Assembly: GCA_024626585.2 (NCBI GenBank)
Contig: JANKJI020000002.1
Location: forward strand, 193,390,194-193,412,511
DNA length: 22,318 nt
Direction: 5' to 3'
DNA from: Ginkgo biloba
Lineage: Eukaryota; Plantae; Ginkgophyta
Positions 10,433 to 21,573 of this stretch are shown one piece after another. Each line of letters begins with the position of its first letter. Position 1 is the first letter of the stretch. The notes below the pieces were generated by a model. That model did no database searches. It was not told where the DNA came from and was given only the letters and a program-made list of their open reading frames with translations. The position numbers were made by a program, and so were the translations under genes.

Positions 10433-11553
10433 GTTATTTTATCAACTTTGGATATGATAGTATGTGAAAATGGCTAATACTCAAGAATTTATTAGTATTA
10501 GGAATGTTTGGAATCCCATTCCTAGACTTGTTGATTAGAAGGATGGATTTAATGTTGGGAGGATATAATTTATAGAATAGTTCCTTAGATTAGGTATATG
10601 GAAAGGAAAAGTATACTATATTAAGTAAGGGAAATATCAAGGTTTTCTCTTTATCTAGAGCTACCTTAATGTTGATGCTTTTAATTAGAGTCTCCAAGAG
10701 TTTGAGAATTAGGTTTTTTAAGAAATTATAGAAATATAGTATTATATTATGGAAGGGATATAGATCATGGATATTCACTTATGTATTCAAGAAGGTGATT
10801 TATTTTTTCATCATTAAAGAATAATGGAGGTCCCATATAAATTTGGCCCCTCAAATATAAAAAAGGAATGTGATTCACTAATGTATAGAAAATTAATTTA
10901 ATTTTTATCAACCATTTTGGAATAATATTTATTTACCACAAAGAAAATGATTAGAGACATGAAGTGATTATNNNNNNNNNNGTAACTTTCCAAATTTTCT
11001 CTAGTTAAGACTAGGTATTTCATCTTTTTACAAATATCATAGAGATGTAGGAGGTTATTTAGAATATGGCTAAAGAGAATTGATTAAATTAGGATGCCTT
11101 CCTTATAGAATTATATAATAAAATATAGGATGTTATTTGTAAGGAACTCTTTGAAATCTATAGTAATATGATCAATAAGGTCAAACTTAGTCCTCAAATG
11201 AATGGAGGTATTTNNNNNNNNNNNNNNNTATTGAATTAATAAGTAGTTACATGCTTATTATCTCACTCAATGTTCCATATAAAATTAATGGTGAGTTTTT
11301 AATTATGAGAATTCATTAATCATTAGGGAGTATTCTCAAGAGTGAGGAAACAAGATTTACTAAGGGTATATTTATTCTTAATAATATCCTAGATATTAGT
11401 GAAGGAATTAAATAAACTAGGGAATCCATTTAAAATATCCTTACTTAAAATAATATTTTGAAACTTCTTATGATAAGTTTCATTAGGATTTTATTTTGGT
11501 AATGTTAAAGGGACTTTCCTTTGGAAATGTTTTTTAACTGAATATAATCTAGC
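10433..11553 (+). mobile_element. L1-type LINE ORF2 relic (linker and N-terminal half of RT)
   Basis: Plus-strand translation: IHLCIQEGDLFF (W.QEGD...FF); NMAKEN*LN*DAFLIELYNKI*DVICKELFEIY (KSPGPDGFP.EFY...WD.I..DL); YMLIISLNVPYKI (WRPITLLNVSYKI); SEETRFTKGIFILNNILDISEGIK*TRES (EQTGFVKGR.ILDNI...WE..EWARES); FETSYDKFH*DFILVMLKGLSFG (FEKAYDRV.WDF). The left boundary is uncertain. Confidence 0.88.
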
Positions 11554-11990
11554 GAATAGATGTCCTCCTCCCAACTCAATCAAAATGACTAGCCCAAAAT
11601 ATAGGAGGTATAGGGTTATTCCTTAAATGCGTGTATGCATATTTATTTCATGTGTGTTGGTAAAGAAAGTGATTCTACTATATGTAAACAAGTAAATAAG
11701 AAGAACAAACCCCCTCTTATAAGAATCCACGTTGAAACATGATTTCAAATATTATGAAGGAAATAATGAAGAATTCTTCTACCCCTCTTTCCCTTCCCTT
11801 TATCCCATATGAAAAATTCAATATGACATGTAGTGAAATTCAATTTTTATTCCAAGGAATAAGTCGAAGCTTTCCCTAAAATGATTTTTCNNNNNNNNNN
11901 NNNNNNNNNNNNNNNNNNNNNNNNNNNNNNNNNNNNNNNNNNNNNNNNNNNNNNNNNNNNNNNNNNNNNNNNNNNNNNNNNNNNNNNNNN

Positions 11991-12203
11991 AAATTTTATA
12001 TATCATTGAGTATACATGAATATTTCCTACATAATTCCATGATTGACACTAGAGAAGACCATAATATAATGCCTTATAACATTATGAAGAAGCTAGGATT
12101 AGAATGTACAAGGTCCATTGAGCTTATTTTGGAAATGGACTCTAGGTCAATGAAGATGATAGGTGAGATTAGATATATTTTTATATGGATACTTTAAATC
12201 CTA
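11991..12203 (+). pseudogene. Retrotransposon aspartic protease domain relic
   Basis: KFYISLSIHEYFLHNSMIDTREDHNIMPYNIMKKLGLECTR... matches the PFYISL..H...LHN.MLDSGAS.N.MP..VM..LGL pattern. The catalytic D(S/T)G has decayed to DTR. Confidence 0.88.
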
Positions 12204-12401
12204 AAGTTGAGTGCAAAGTACTATTTGATCTAGGTTTAAAGGGAAGTACAACATTGAGAATACATGAAAAATCTAGATAATGTACAAGCTAAAGTTTATT
12301 TCATAGAGACTAGACCAACCATGTATGTTGTAGTCACAACATTGGAACTAGATGAGGGATAAACATAGTGGGAGATATAAAAATAAGAATATTATGGAAT
12401 A

Positions 12402-12783
12402 TGGAATATGCACTTTGATGGAACCATATTAAGATCAGGAGTAGGTTTTGGAATTATTTTTCAAGATCCAAATGAATTCGATCATATCAACTCAAATTTT
12501 ATTCACTAATAATGTAGTTGAATATGATGTGTTTGTGCTAGGACTAAGACAAGCTAAATATTTTTTTATTAAGAGGATTAGAGTACTTATATATTCTAAA
12601 CTGATTATAAATCAAGTTTGTGACACTTTCATTATCAAGAATGAGCATTTAAAATAGTATAGACTCTAGGTATACGACTTTATTGAGCATTTCAATGCAT
12701 TTTCAATTGAATTCATTCTAAGGGAACAAAATAATCTTGTAGATTCTTTGGCAGTATCAACTTATTTATTTTTCACTCACCCT
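12402..12783 (+). pseudogene. Additional (archaeal-like) RNase H domain relic, aRH
   Basis: WNMHFDGTILRSGVGFGIIF / frameshift / TNNVVEYDVFVLGLRQAK...IYSKLIINQV...ILREQNNLVDSLA matches W.MYFDG...GAG, TNN.AEYEAL..GL, GDSELV..QV and IPREQN..ADSLA. Confidence 0.93.
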
Positions 12784-13226
12784 TGTTTATCTTACATAAA
12801 GATTGTAGTGGAGCTTCTTATGGGGCNNNNNNNNNNNNNNNNNNNNNNNNNNNNNNNNNNNNNNNNNNNNNNNNNNNNNNNNNNNNNNNNNNNNNNNNNN
12901 NNNNNNNNNNNNNNNNNNNNNNNNNATTATAGGATCAACATTTGGAAAATCAATATGTAGATGACAAAGGGGTTATCTAACAATGGAGAAACAATATGGC
13001 CAAAGGGTTGATAATCTTAGGTAATTATATAACCCTAATTATGTTACCCATCTAGGTATGAAAAATTAAGAGGTGTCTTAGTGAGTCGCATAGAAAAAAT
13101 TCTAAATTAATGTCAGATCTAATGGCAAGCCAAAGGTCATAAACATCAAAAAATATTNNNNNNNNNNNNNNNNNNNNNNNNNNNNNNNNNNNNNNNNNNN
13201 NNNNNNNNNNNNNNNNNNNNNNNNNN

Positions 13227-13884
13227 TTTTCCTAGACATATTATGACTTGAATCTTTTTAGGCATGAGGTGATTAAACATAGTATTCTATTAAATCCATA
13301 GGTCAAGACTTTTAGGAATAAATAAATAACAATCATCCCCAAGCTCAAGGATATGATGTAGAAAGAATGATAAAGGATATTTAATAATGGGATTATATTT
13401 TGCATACACTACTCCACTTGGGTGGTGAATTTGGTGCTAGTACAAAATAAAAATGGAGAGATCCACCTCTATGTTAACTTCCAAAATTTGAACAAATATC
13501 CATTAAAGGGTAACTATCCCATACCCAGAATTGATCATCTTTTGTAAATGGTAGTTGGTGTAGAGATGATGCCCATGTTGGATGGGTTTTCTAGGTATAA
13601 TCAATTCTTGGTCATAGAAATAGATTGGTATGAGACAACTTTTATCGCTCTATAGGGAAATTTCCCATATAGAAGAATGACTTTTGGATTATTGAACACT
13701 ATAATAACCTTCCAAAGAACAATGGAATTTTTCTTCAATGAGATAATTAGAAAGATCATAGTGATTTACCTTGATGATCTCATGGTATTTTCAAAATACA
13801 TAAAAGATCATATTGAACACTTGAGGATGGTTTTCTAGAGATGCCATGACTTTTGGTATTTCTCTCAATCCAAAGAAGACAAAT
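13227..13884 (+). pseudogene. Ty3/Gypsy reverse transcriptase relic
   Basis: STWVVNLVLVQNKNGEIHLYVNFQNLNK..KGNYPIPRIDHLL; MLDGFSRYNQ; RRMTFGLLN..ITFQRTM; IVIYLDDLMVFSK (YLDD at 13767-13778); GISLNPKK. Confidence 0.97.
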
Positions 13885-14175
13885 TTTCATGAGTAAGGTG
13901 CTCAAATTTTATGAGTTGAGGTATACTAAAGTGGACAAGCAATCCTATGCCTTAGTCAATATTATTAGGATCTTTAGACCATATATTGTAATGAGCCATA
14001 CTATAGTTTATGTACCACTCACCCTATTTAAAATGATATGAAATTAGAAAGATTTGAATGGTAAATATGCCAACTGGGTCACGAAGATTTAAGAATATGA
14101 TCTCGACATCAAACTAGCCAAGAATGTCAAAGGTCAAGGCTTGCCTAAATTGGTGGTTGATTCAATTAATGAAGC
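13885..14175 (+). pseudogene. Ty3/Gypsy RNase H relic (N-terminally deleted)
   Basis: FMSKVLKFYELRYTKVDKQSYALVNIIRIFRPYI...GKYANWVTKI*EYDLDIKLAKNVKGQGLPKL. Confidence 0.92.
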
Positions 14176-14522
14176 CTAATATCATATGACCAATATTAAA
14201 ATATACATAACAATCACTAATCAGGATCCTCAATACTAAGACATTATTTATTGAGGAAATTGAAACTGTCAATGAGATAACGAATAGCTAATAGACTTTG
14301 AAATTATATAAGAAATTTGAATGGGGTCATGATGGATAATGGGCCATGATTTTTATAGAGAGGGTTACAAATTCCCTAAAAAAGTGGAAAAAGACTTGGA
14401 GAAGCCATACGCCTTTCTTAGAGTAGCCCATAGTTGTGAGAACACATGAGAGACAGAAGGATATGGAGGATCGCACAATAGAGAAGGATGAAAAGTCACT
14501 ATAAGACACCACCAAACACTAT

Positions 14523-14824
14523 TGTTATATCTATGAGATACTAGGACATAGGTAGAATTACCTCACCAAACATGTGAACCTATATATAAGACCATAAAGG
14601 CTAGGATAAGAAGGATTATAGTGCTTCCCATCATGCTACACTAAGAATAGGAGTTTTCATGTCATGCATAAGATAATTTTATTGTAATTAACCTTTTGAT
14701 ATATATAATTTCATTATAATTATTTATTCTATAAGGTTAACCACTTCCCCTATACTCTAGATGTAATATCTATTGATGGTTGTAGGTATTTATTTTAAAA
14801 ATCCTAGCATGGCAATTTTATATA
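14523..14824 (+). mobile_element. Possible LTR fragment
   Basis: cctatatataag TATA box at 14579-14590, with a downstream ttgtaat and AT-rich tract as in plant LTRs. Termini not established. Confidence 0.3.
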
Positions 14825-15340
14825 TGGAATTTATTTGTCTTCCTCACCCAAACATATTCTTCATCATTAGTTTCTTGATAAAACTAACATTATTATCTCA
14901 AAAAATAAGGAAAATGTAAATTATTTATTTAATCATATAGATTTATTTTTTGAATCTTATGGTTCTTCTATTTCTCTTCATAAATCCCTTTATTTATTAT
15001 TTTAAGTGGTATTGAAGATATCCCCAACTGGGTCAAGGAGTAAGGCTAGATGATTATTCAAAATATAAAAATATTTAAATTTCTTGGTGTACTTTTTTGG
15101 TTGGGGTCTCACTGAGATACATNNNNNNNNNNNNNNNNNNNNNNNNNNNNNNNNNNNNNNNNNNNNNNNNNNNNNNNNNNNNNNNNNNNNNNNNNNNNNN
15201 NNNNNNNNNNNNNNNNNNNNNNATGTTTTATACTTTTGAATCAAAACCCAAAGTAAATCCAAACATCTGCATCATGGCAATGGCTGAAACATGGTTGAAA
15301 CCAAGAACATGGTGATAGAATACATATATAATACAATAAT

Positions 15341-15692
15341 ATATTATACAATTTGTTTGTAATTCCTTTGTCGAGCAAGCCTCCTCTGTGACTCAAATTC
15401 AAGGTGTTTGGATACAACAATGTATATGGAACTTTCATTAGCCCTGACCCGCTCTTCAACTCAACATCGTCATTTCTTTTGCATATATTCGTCTCTATTT
15501 CTCTCAACCTCTTACCAANNNNNNNNNNNNNNNNNNNNNNNNNNNNNNNNNNNNNNNNNNNNNNNNNNNNNNNNNNNNNNNNNNNNNNNNNNNNNNNNNN
15601 AAAATCTCTATCAACATAGTGCCAAGAGTGGTATGGAAGTTATCGGTAACTATTCTCAGGAAGACTTAGTCTCCATTTTTCAAAATCTCTTG
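15341..15692 (-). pseudogene. LOX: Lipoxygenase 3'-terminal fragment (9-LOX-like), inactivated
   Basis: 15692-15601 gives QEILKNGD*VFLRIVTDNFHTTLGTMLIEI (cf. EEL..NPDKVFLKTIT..QT.LG..LIEILS.H). After the 82-N gap: FGKRLREIETNICKRNDDVELKSGSGLMKVPYTLLYPNTLNLSHRGGLLDKGITNK (cf. FGKKL.EIE..I..RN.D..LKNR.GPVKVPYTLLYPNTSD.S..GGLTGKGIPNSVSI*). There is an in-frame stop at 15666-15668, and the terminal SI* is lost. Confidence 0.93.
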
Positions 15693-18289
15693 CATTATAC
15701 AACGGCCAACGTATAGATGTGATGGCCACAAGGATTCCCAGCATAGTCTCTTCCCATGGCCACATCCAAATTCTCTTTGACCTCCTCCACCTAAATAATT
15801 CCATCCAAAAGAACCAATTTTTCCTTCAGATAAATAATACAACGAAAGTCCCCATCATAGAATCAAAGGTGTAGAATATCCCACTTAACACTCAGATTAT
15901 TATTTCTTCCCTCAAAGAAAATATTTCCTTATAATTAGGTCACTTAATGGAAGGGTTCTAGAATCTTAGCTACTTTATAGTGAATAGGGTCATCAAGAGA
16001 TTTTATTTGACCTCTACTTTCATGGAAGAAAGAACTATAAAATTCAACAAAAATGATAAAATAGAGAGGAAAAAATAAGGTTGATGGGTGAAGCTAATTA
16101 TGGAAGGTACAGAGTGATGTTTGGAGTAAATTTAGTCTAATAGGCTTTGTACTGTAGAGTAATTTGTAGAAGATGTAGTTGGTTATGATTTCATAACACT
16201 TTTCTTAAGAACCTCCTCCAACTCTACTAGTGAAACATGGTATGCCCACATTATTATTATTAAATAAGAATACAGAAAATGGAACTATGGGAGGTATTCC
16301 TTATTCAGGTATGATTTTTTAGAATGACATCTGAAATAAACATAGAACACCATCGGTTATAATATTTTAGATTGTAATCTAAAGAAGATGAAAAATTCCA
16401 TCAGATCTATACACCTGGAAATAGTGACATACATTATGGTCATCTAAGAAATATATTAAAATGTAAAAACTCTATATTAACCTTAAAATAATAGTAAATA
16501 ATGTACTGAAGAATGAGACTCTCTGAGAATAGGAGAAAATTTAGAGATGAAATCATTNNNNNNNNNNNNNNNNNNNNNNNNNNNNNNNNNNNNNNNNNNN
16601 NNNNNNNNNNNNNNNNNNNNNNNNNNNNNNNNNNNNNNNNNNNNNNNNNNNNNNNNNTCTATGGACCTGTTTCAGTATGAAGAATAAAATTGTATATCCT
16701 AAGAAAGATACATCAAACTGTATTTATATTTAAATGAATTATTCAAGGGTGTCTCCACCTATGATAATAAGGTCTAAATTTTTTCATTTAGGATACTATA
16801 TTTAGAAAAATAGAATATATTTAATAATCATTATTTACATTTAAAACTTTAAAGAGGAGGAGCTCATTCAACTAAAAATCAAAGAGATCCTAAATGTTTT
16901 GGATAACTTCATTAAAGAAAAATTCCTAGAAAGAGTTGCCTATGTCGTATTAGATCAAAGTGATCTAAAATGAGTGGAAAAGAAAAATAAAACTCTTTAT
17001 GATTAGCCTAGAATGGGTGAGGATACATAGTATAAAAGGTCATTAGATCTAATTGAAATATTATTTTTCAACACGTAGATGTCAAGATTACATAGCCTAG
17101 CGACATTGTGTTTGGATGGTGTTATGGAATAAGAAATGCATGTGGGGATTTTAAATCTAAATGAATATTTTTTTAAGACCATAAAATTATATATTGGATC
17201 ATCAACCATAGTATTTCACCTCCTCTATATATCTCCCAATTATATTTTGTACCTAAAAAAAATGAATCACATAGATATAGAGGATATCTAACTCATGTTA
17301 TAATACATTTTATGGTTATAATCCTATTTACATATATTATGGACACATATGTATATTTAAATAAAATAACCAAATTAATTTATATTATTGACGCATAGGA
17401 TATTGAATATTAGTAATGAGTCTTGTGAGATGCACCATGGAGGTGTGTGTGTTATTATAGAAGCAAAAACCCAAATATAATAGGTGAAATGTTGGAAACT
17501 AGTCTAATAGGAAAAATATCCTATACTTAATCCTTAAGATATGATTATAATACCCATAATAAATAATTAATAGGGACTATAAAGAAAACTTTAAATGATA
17601 AATATTGGTTTACTAGATCTTCCTAGTTGTAAGGAAGCATGGATCGACTACCCAGATGGCCAAATTATAAACTTTTGACCTAGATTATTCATGGGGAAAT
17701 AAAAAAACCTATATATATTTAGGTTTTCAATATCATTTTCTATTTTAAATGTAGGAATATCCCTCTACAAGGAACATAACACTCTAATGAATTTATACAA
17801 AATACAACTAGGAGTTAGACCTATAAACTCTATCTGTTATNNNNNNNNNNNNNNNNNNNNNNNNNNNNNNNNNNNNNNNNNNNNNNNNNNNNNNNNNNNN
17901 NNNNNNNNNNNNNNNNNNNNNNNNNNNNNNNNNNNNNNNNTTTCATTCCATTTTATGGGCTTGTATATGAGCCTACATTTAGATAGGAATAAGAAAAAGA
18001 AAAAATATTAATACTCTATCCATTACATTTGGGCAATTACCAACATTGAATATAAATTCATTTATGCATTTTTATAGAATTTACAAAAATTTACCTCTAA
18101 TGATATGACATGTGCTAAATTCCACATCAAAAGTATAAGTATACCCTAAGAGGACCATGTCCCATTATAGTTGTTAAAATAAATAAGGCTGGCAGAGAGA
18201 TTCTACATACTTCTAATTTTATAAAATTGTATGAAATATTTAAAATAAATGAAATACATTTTGGTTAAACATTTTAGAAAGGAGAATCA

Positions 18290-20690
18290 CCAAGAATTTC
18301 CATTTATATATAAGGAACCAAGGGGATAACGCTATGTATAAGTAGCCATATAAATAACTTTTTTATCTTTTCTTCAATATTGATGCCATAAACTATACTT
18401 AATAAGGGATTAGAATGCATCTATATTTTATTACCTCTCTCTTAGAAATCAATGCATGGTTTTCTTCAACTAATGGATTTCTTATTTATGTAATGAAGAA
18501 TGGAGTTTATAGGTTCTAGTACTCCATTGTTATTGGTAATTCAAATAGGCCTTGCAAAGAATATTTTTAGGGAATTCATGCATTAATTTGTAGAATAGGA
18601 TCTCGTCTTTAAATAATGGTTTCTACTTATTACAAAACTCAAAATAAGGAAATTGTGCATTACCATCCCTATTCTAGAGACTGCCAATAATTACCATTTC
18701 TTCTTTGAACCAAAATATATCCATTTAAATAAAAGAGAGTGAAAATGGTTTATGTTCCTATAGGATTTATTTACTCCAGTATAATGGATTCTAGGATGAG
18801 GATTTTATATATTCATCACCCTACCATCTAAGGAATTTCCATAGAGCCTCACATTCTTGTCATAGAACCTTGAAGACAATAGAGCCTTTTGGTTTGAAGT
18901 GGACCATTATTGTTAATAGTTGAGGATATTAATATTAACCATGAGGACCATCCATGAGATAATAATTATAAGATAATAAATTCAAGAACCATCTTCCATG
19001 TGCTCTAGATTTTACAAGTTATAAGTATCCATTTAGTAGGAAAAGTAATTCCATGTGATCTAAGATCTAGAAGACCCAAACCTTCTTTCTATTTCTCTGT
19101 GTAGAAGAAAAACAAAGTCAATTTGGTAATTCCTTTTGATTTTAAGTATCTATAATAAATAAATATTGGATTATAGCAATGAGAAACCTATAAGTTAAAT
19201 TAGATGGAAGAATAAAAGAGGAGAACTAAACATGCAACAAAGATAAAATTTTAAAATCCACTTAGACTCTTCTTACAAGTAAAAAATCCTTGATATTCTA
19301 TGAGAATAATTTTCTTTCGACTATAACAATAGTGACCTCCATCATTTACCTAGTTGTAATATTAAAACCAAAAGGGAGATATCTAAAAATTTCTCATCAT
19401 TAAATCAATTTTCATCCATAATCTAAAATGCAACTAGGTGNNNNNNNNNNNNNCAAGATATAAATATTAAAAATTATGAAAAGACATAAATGATTTAATA
19501 GATTAATAGAAAGGTAAATTTATATCATTATAAACTTAATATTAGTAGAATTTTCTTGATTAATACCATCTATAAACTAACCATGGACACATTTGTTTTG
19601 AGATCAAGGAAGAGAGATACCTTTGAGGTTTTGTAGGGTCATAGGATCTTCAAATAGATATCCTAAATGCATCTATATCTAAATCATAAAGAAAGGGTTC
19701 CAATGAGAAACCTAGTCAAATGTATATATGAAGTTTAATTGTGTTAGATATTTCACCATTTACCACTACTCAAGTAAATACATTAGTAATGAGGGTTATA
19801 ACCATGTTATAAAATATATTACCATAGCCTAATTTATTGATTATAGATAAGATAAAATACCATTGAATTTTATCATAATCATTTTTATAATTAACATTTA
19901 TAAATAACATTATTTGACCTAAATATCTAGCCCGTTCTATACCCTCACTAATTATAAGGATGTTATCTAAGATAAAATGACCTTTAATAAAACTTGTTTA
20001 TTCTTTTCTTACTATTTTCTTCAAGGATTATGTAACCCTTAGAGATATAACATAGAAATAAATTTATAAGATAGATTGAAAAGAGTGATAGGTATCCAGT
20101 GTTCTATTAACTTTACATCAGTGTCCTATTTTTTTTTTTTTTTAATGATTCTCATATTTATCGTTTGACCCATTTANNNNNNNNNNNNNNNNNNNNAAAT
20201 AGCCTATTTTCACATCACAAGTGGATATTCACCTAACATGTCCCATAAATATTTATATAATTCGATAGAAAAATAATCCTTACCTTAAGATTTTTATTCA
20301 TCCATTATTGACATAAGTTCTTTAAAATCACACAAGTTAGATTCTACTTCAAATATTATTCTCAATACAACAAATAAACATTATTTAAAATTCATCCTTC
20401 TTGATTTATCATTAATTTAGAAGNNNNNNNNNNNNNNNNNNNNNNNNAAAAGTACGAGTGAAATACCTTTAAAATTTGCAAAGGTTCTAATATCTTATTC
20501 TGATTGTTATCATTTCATGCCTAGATTTGAACTACTTTTCATTTACATTTTAAGTATTTGAAATGATCCTATAAGGACTCTCAGGTGATTTAATCCCTTA
20601 GAGTAATTCCCTAACTTGAACCAATCTAGATTTATAGTTTTAAAGTTTTTAAAGGTCCTTAACTATCTCAATTTCTAGCCCTTGAAGGNN
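18290..20690 (-). mobile_element. L1-type LINE ORF2 relic (linker, RT, post-RT region, start of zf-RVT)
   Basis: Minus strand, in order: LDWFKLGNYSK; KS*GKDYFSIELYKYLWDMLG; HWIPITLFNLSYKF; KE*TSFIKGHFILDNILIISEGIERAR; DYDKIQWYFI; I*LGFSLEPFLY (IRQGCPLAP.LY); HG*FIDG (QFADD); EIFRYL; KEGLGLLDLR; KPKGSIVFKVL*; EKIKKLFIWLLIHSVIP (PKIK.FLW...H..LP). Confidence 0.93.
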
Positions 20691-20884
20691 NNNNNNNNNN
20701 NNNNNNNNNNNNNNNNNNNNNNNNNNNNNNNNNNNNNNNNNNNNNNNNNNNNNNNNNNNNNNNNNNNNNNNNNNNNNNNNNNNNNNNNCTTTAAAGTCAT
20801 CTTAAAAATGATACCAAGATTGTAAAAAATGGAGATACATTTTGTAATTTACAGTCAAAATAGTGACAACTTGTCATTATGGAT

Positions 20885-21076
20885 GGTTCAGCAAATGGCT
20901 CAAAGGAGTTGAACGAATGACTCAAAGGGATTTAGCGAAAGGGCCAAAGGAGTTGAATAAACAAAAAAATATTTGGTGAATAAGATAAAGATTTTGGCGA
21001 ATGACCAAATAGGATAGAGAATGAGCCAAAAGAGAGTGGAAAACGACCTAAAGAAGGGCAGTGAATGACCTAAAGG
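20885..21076. repeat. Degenerate minisatellite, about 9 units of 20-23 bp (core gcgaatgacc/tcaaagg)
   Basis: Units ggttcagcaaatggctcaaagg / agttgaacgaatgactcaaagg / gatttagcgaaagggccaaagg / ... / attttggcgaatgaccaaatag / ... / aagggcagtgaatgacctaaagg. Confidence 0.8.
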
Positions 21077-21573
21077 AAAATTGGGACAGTTAAAAAATGG
21101 TCAAAACTACTAGCAATTATTTGATTATAACTTTTACATAAGGAGTCAAAATGTGGAAAAATTTGGAAGGTAATTGCAGGATACCAAAATGTCCCTTCTC
21201 ACCAAAATTGGTCTCAAAATGATTTTTTTTACCCCCTCAAAAATCTAAATTACAAAAAATAATGTTTTGTCTATAACTCGATGAAGAATGAGTTTTAGCT
21301 CCTAAATTTTGGACTGTAGCATGATGGAACCTATCTCCATAATTCCTCCAAAAATAAGATCTTTAATAAATTGGGCCTACTAATTTAAGTGATGATAACA
21401 TTTAGGCATGGTATGATGATAATTAGTAGAGCTATCACAGATATATACATACACAATGTTATCGCTAGCTTCTAGCAATATGCTCAGGAAGGAGTGGAGA
21501 CCCATTTATATATGGAGGCGATGCAGATAGAGCCCATGTAGTACGTGATGCATGGAGATACAGCATAGAGACA

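Larger units (their letters stand above)
11991..14300 (+). mobile_element. Ty3/Gypsy Tat-lineage pol relic (PR - aRH - RT - RH; integrase core absent), TatI/TatII-like
   Basis: Four domains recognised in order (see the sub-features). There are many in-frame stops and frameshifts. After RH the frame gives DPQY*DIIY (W Y.DIIYYL, pre-integrase region), then homology is lost at about 14300. Confidence 0.93.

Noticed and set aside
786-18011. Most short ORFs in the supplied track (e.g. 786-989, 1740-2030, 4807-5013, 5128-5367, 9023-9259, 10590-10778, 14327-14515, 15404-15716, 17003-17209, 17787-18011)
   Set aside because: They span N-gaps, lie antisense to recognised relics, or have no recognisable motif; they are consistent with chance ORFs.
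20129-20143. T15 run as a LINE poly(A) tail
   Set aside because: It lies inside the ORF2 relic, just upstream of the W.PITL motif, so it is an internal homopolymer expansion.
20885-21076. CRISPR-like array
   Set aside because: Units are adjacent and degenerate with no unique spacers, the context is eukaryotic, and there are no cas genes.
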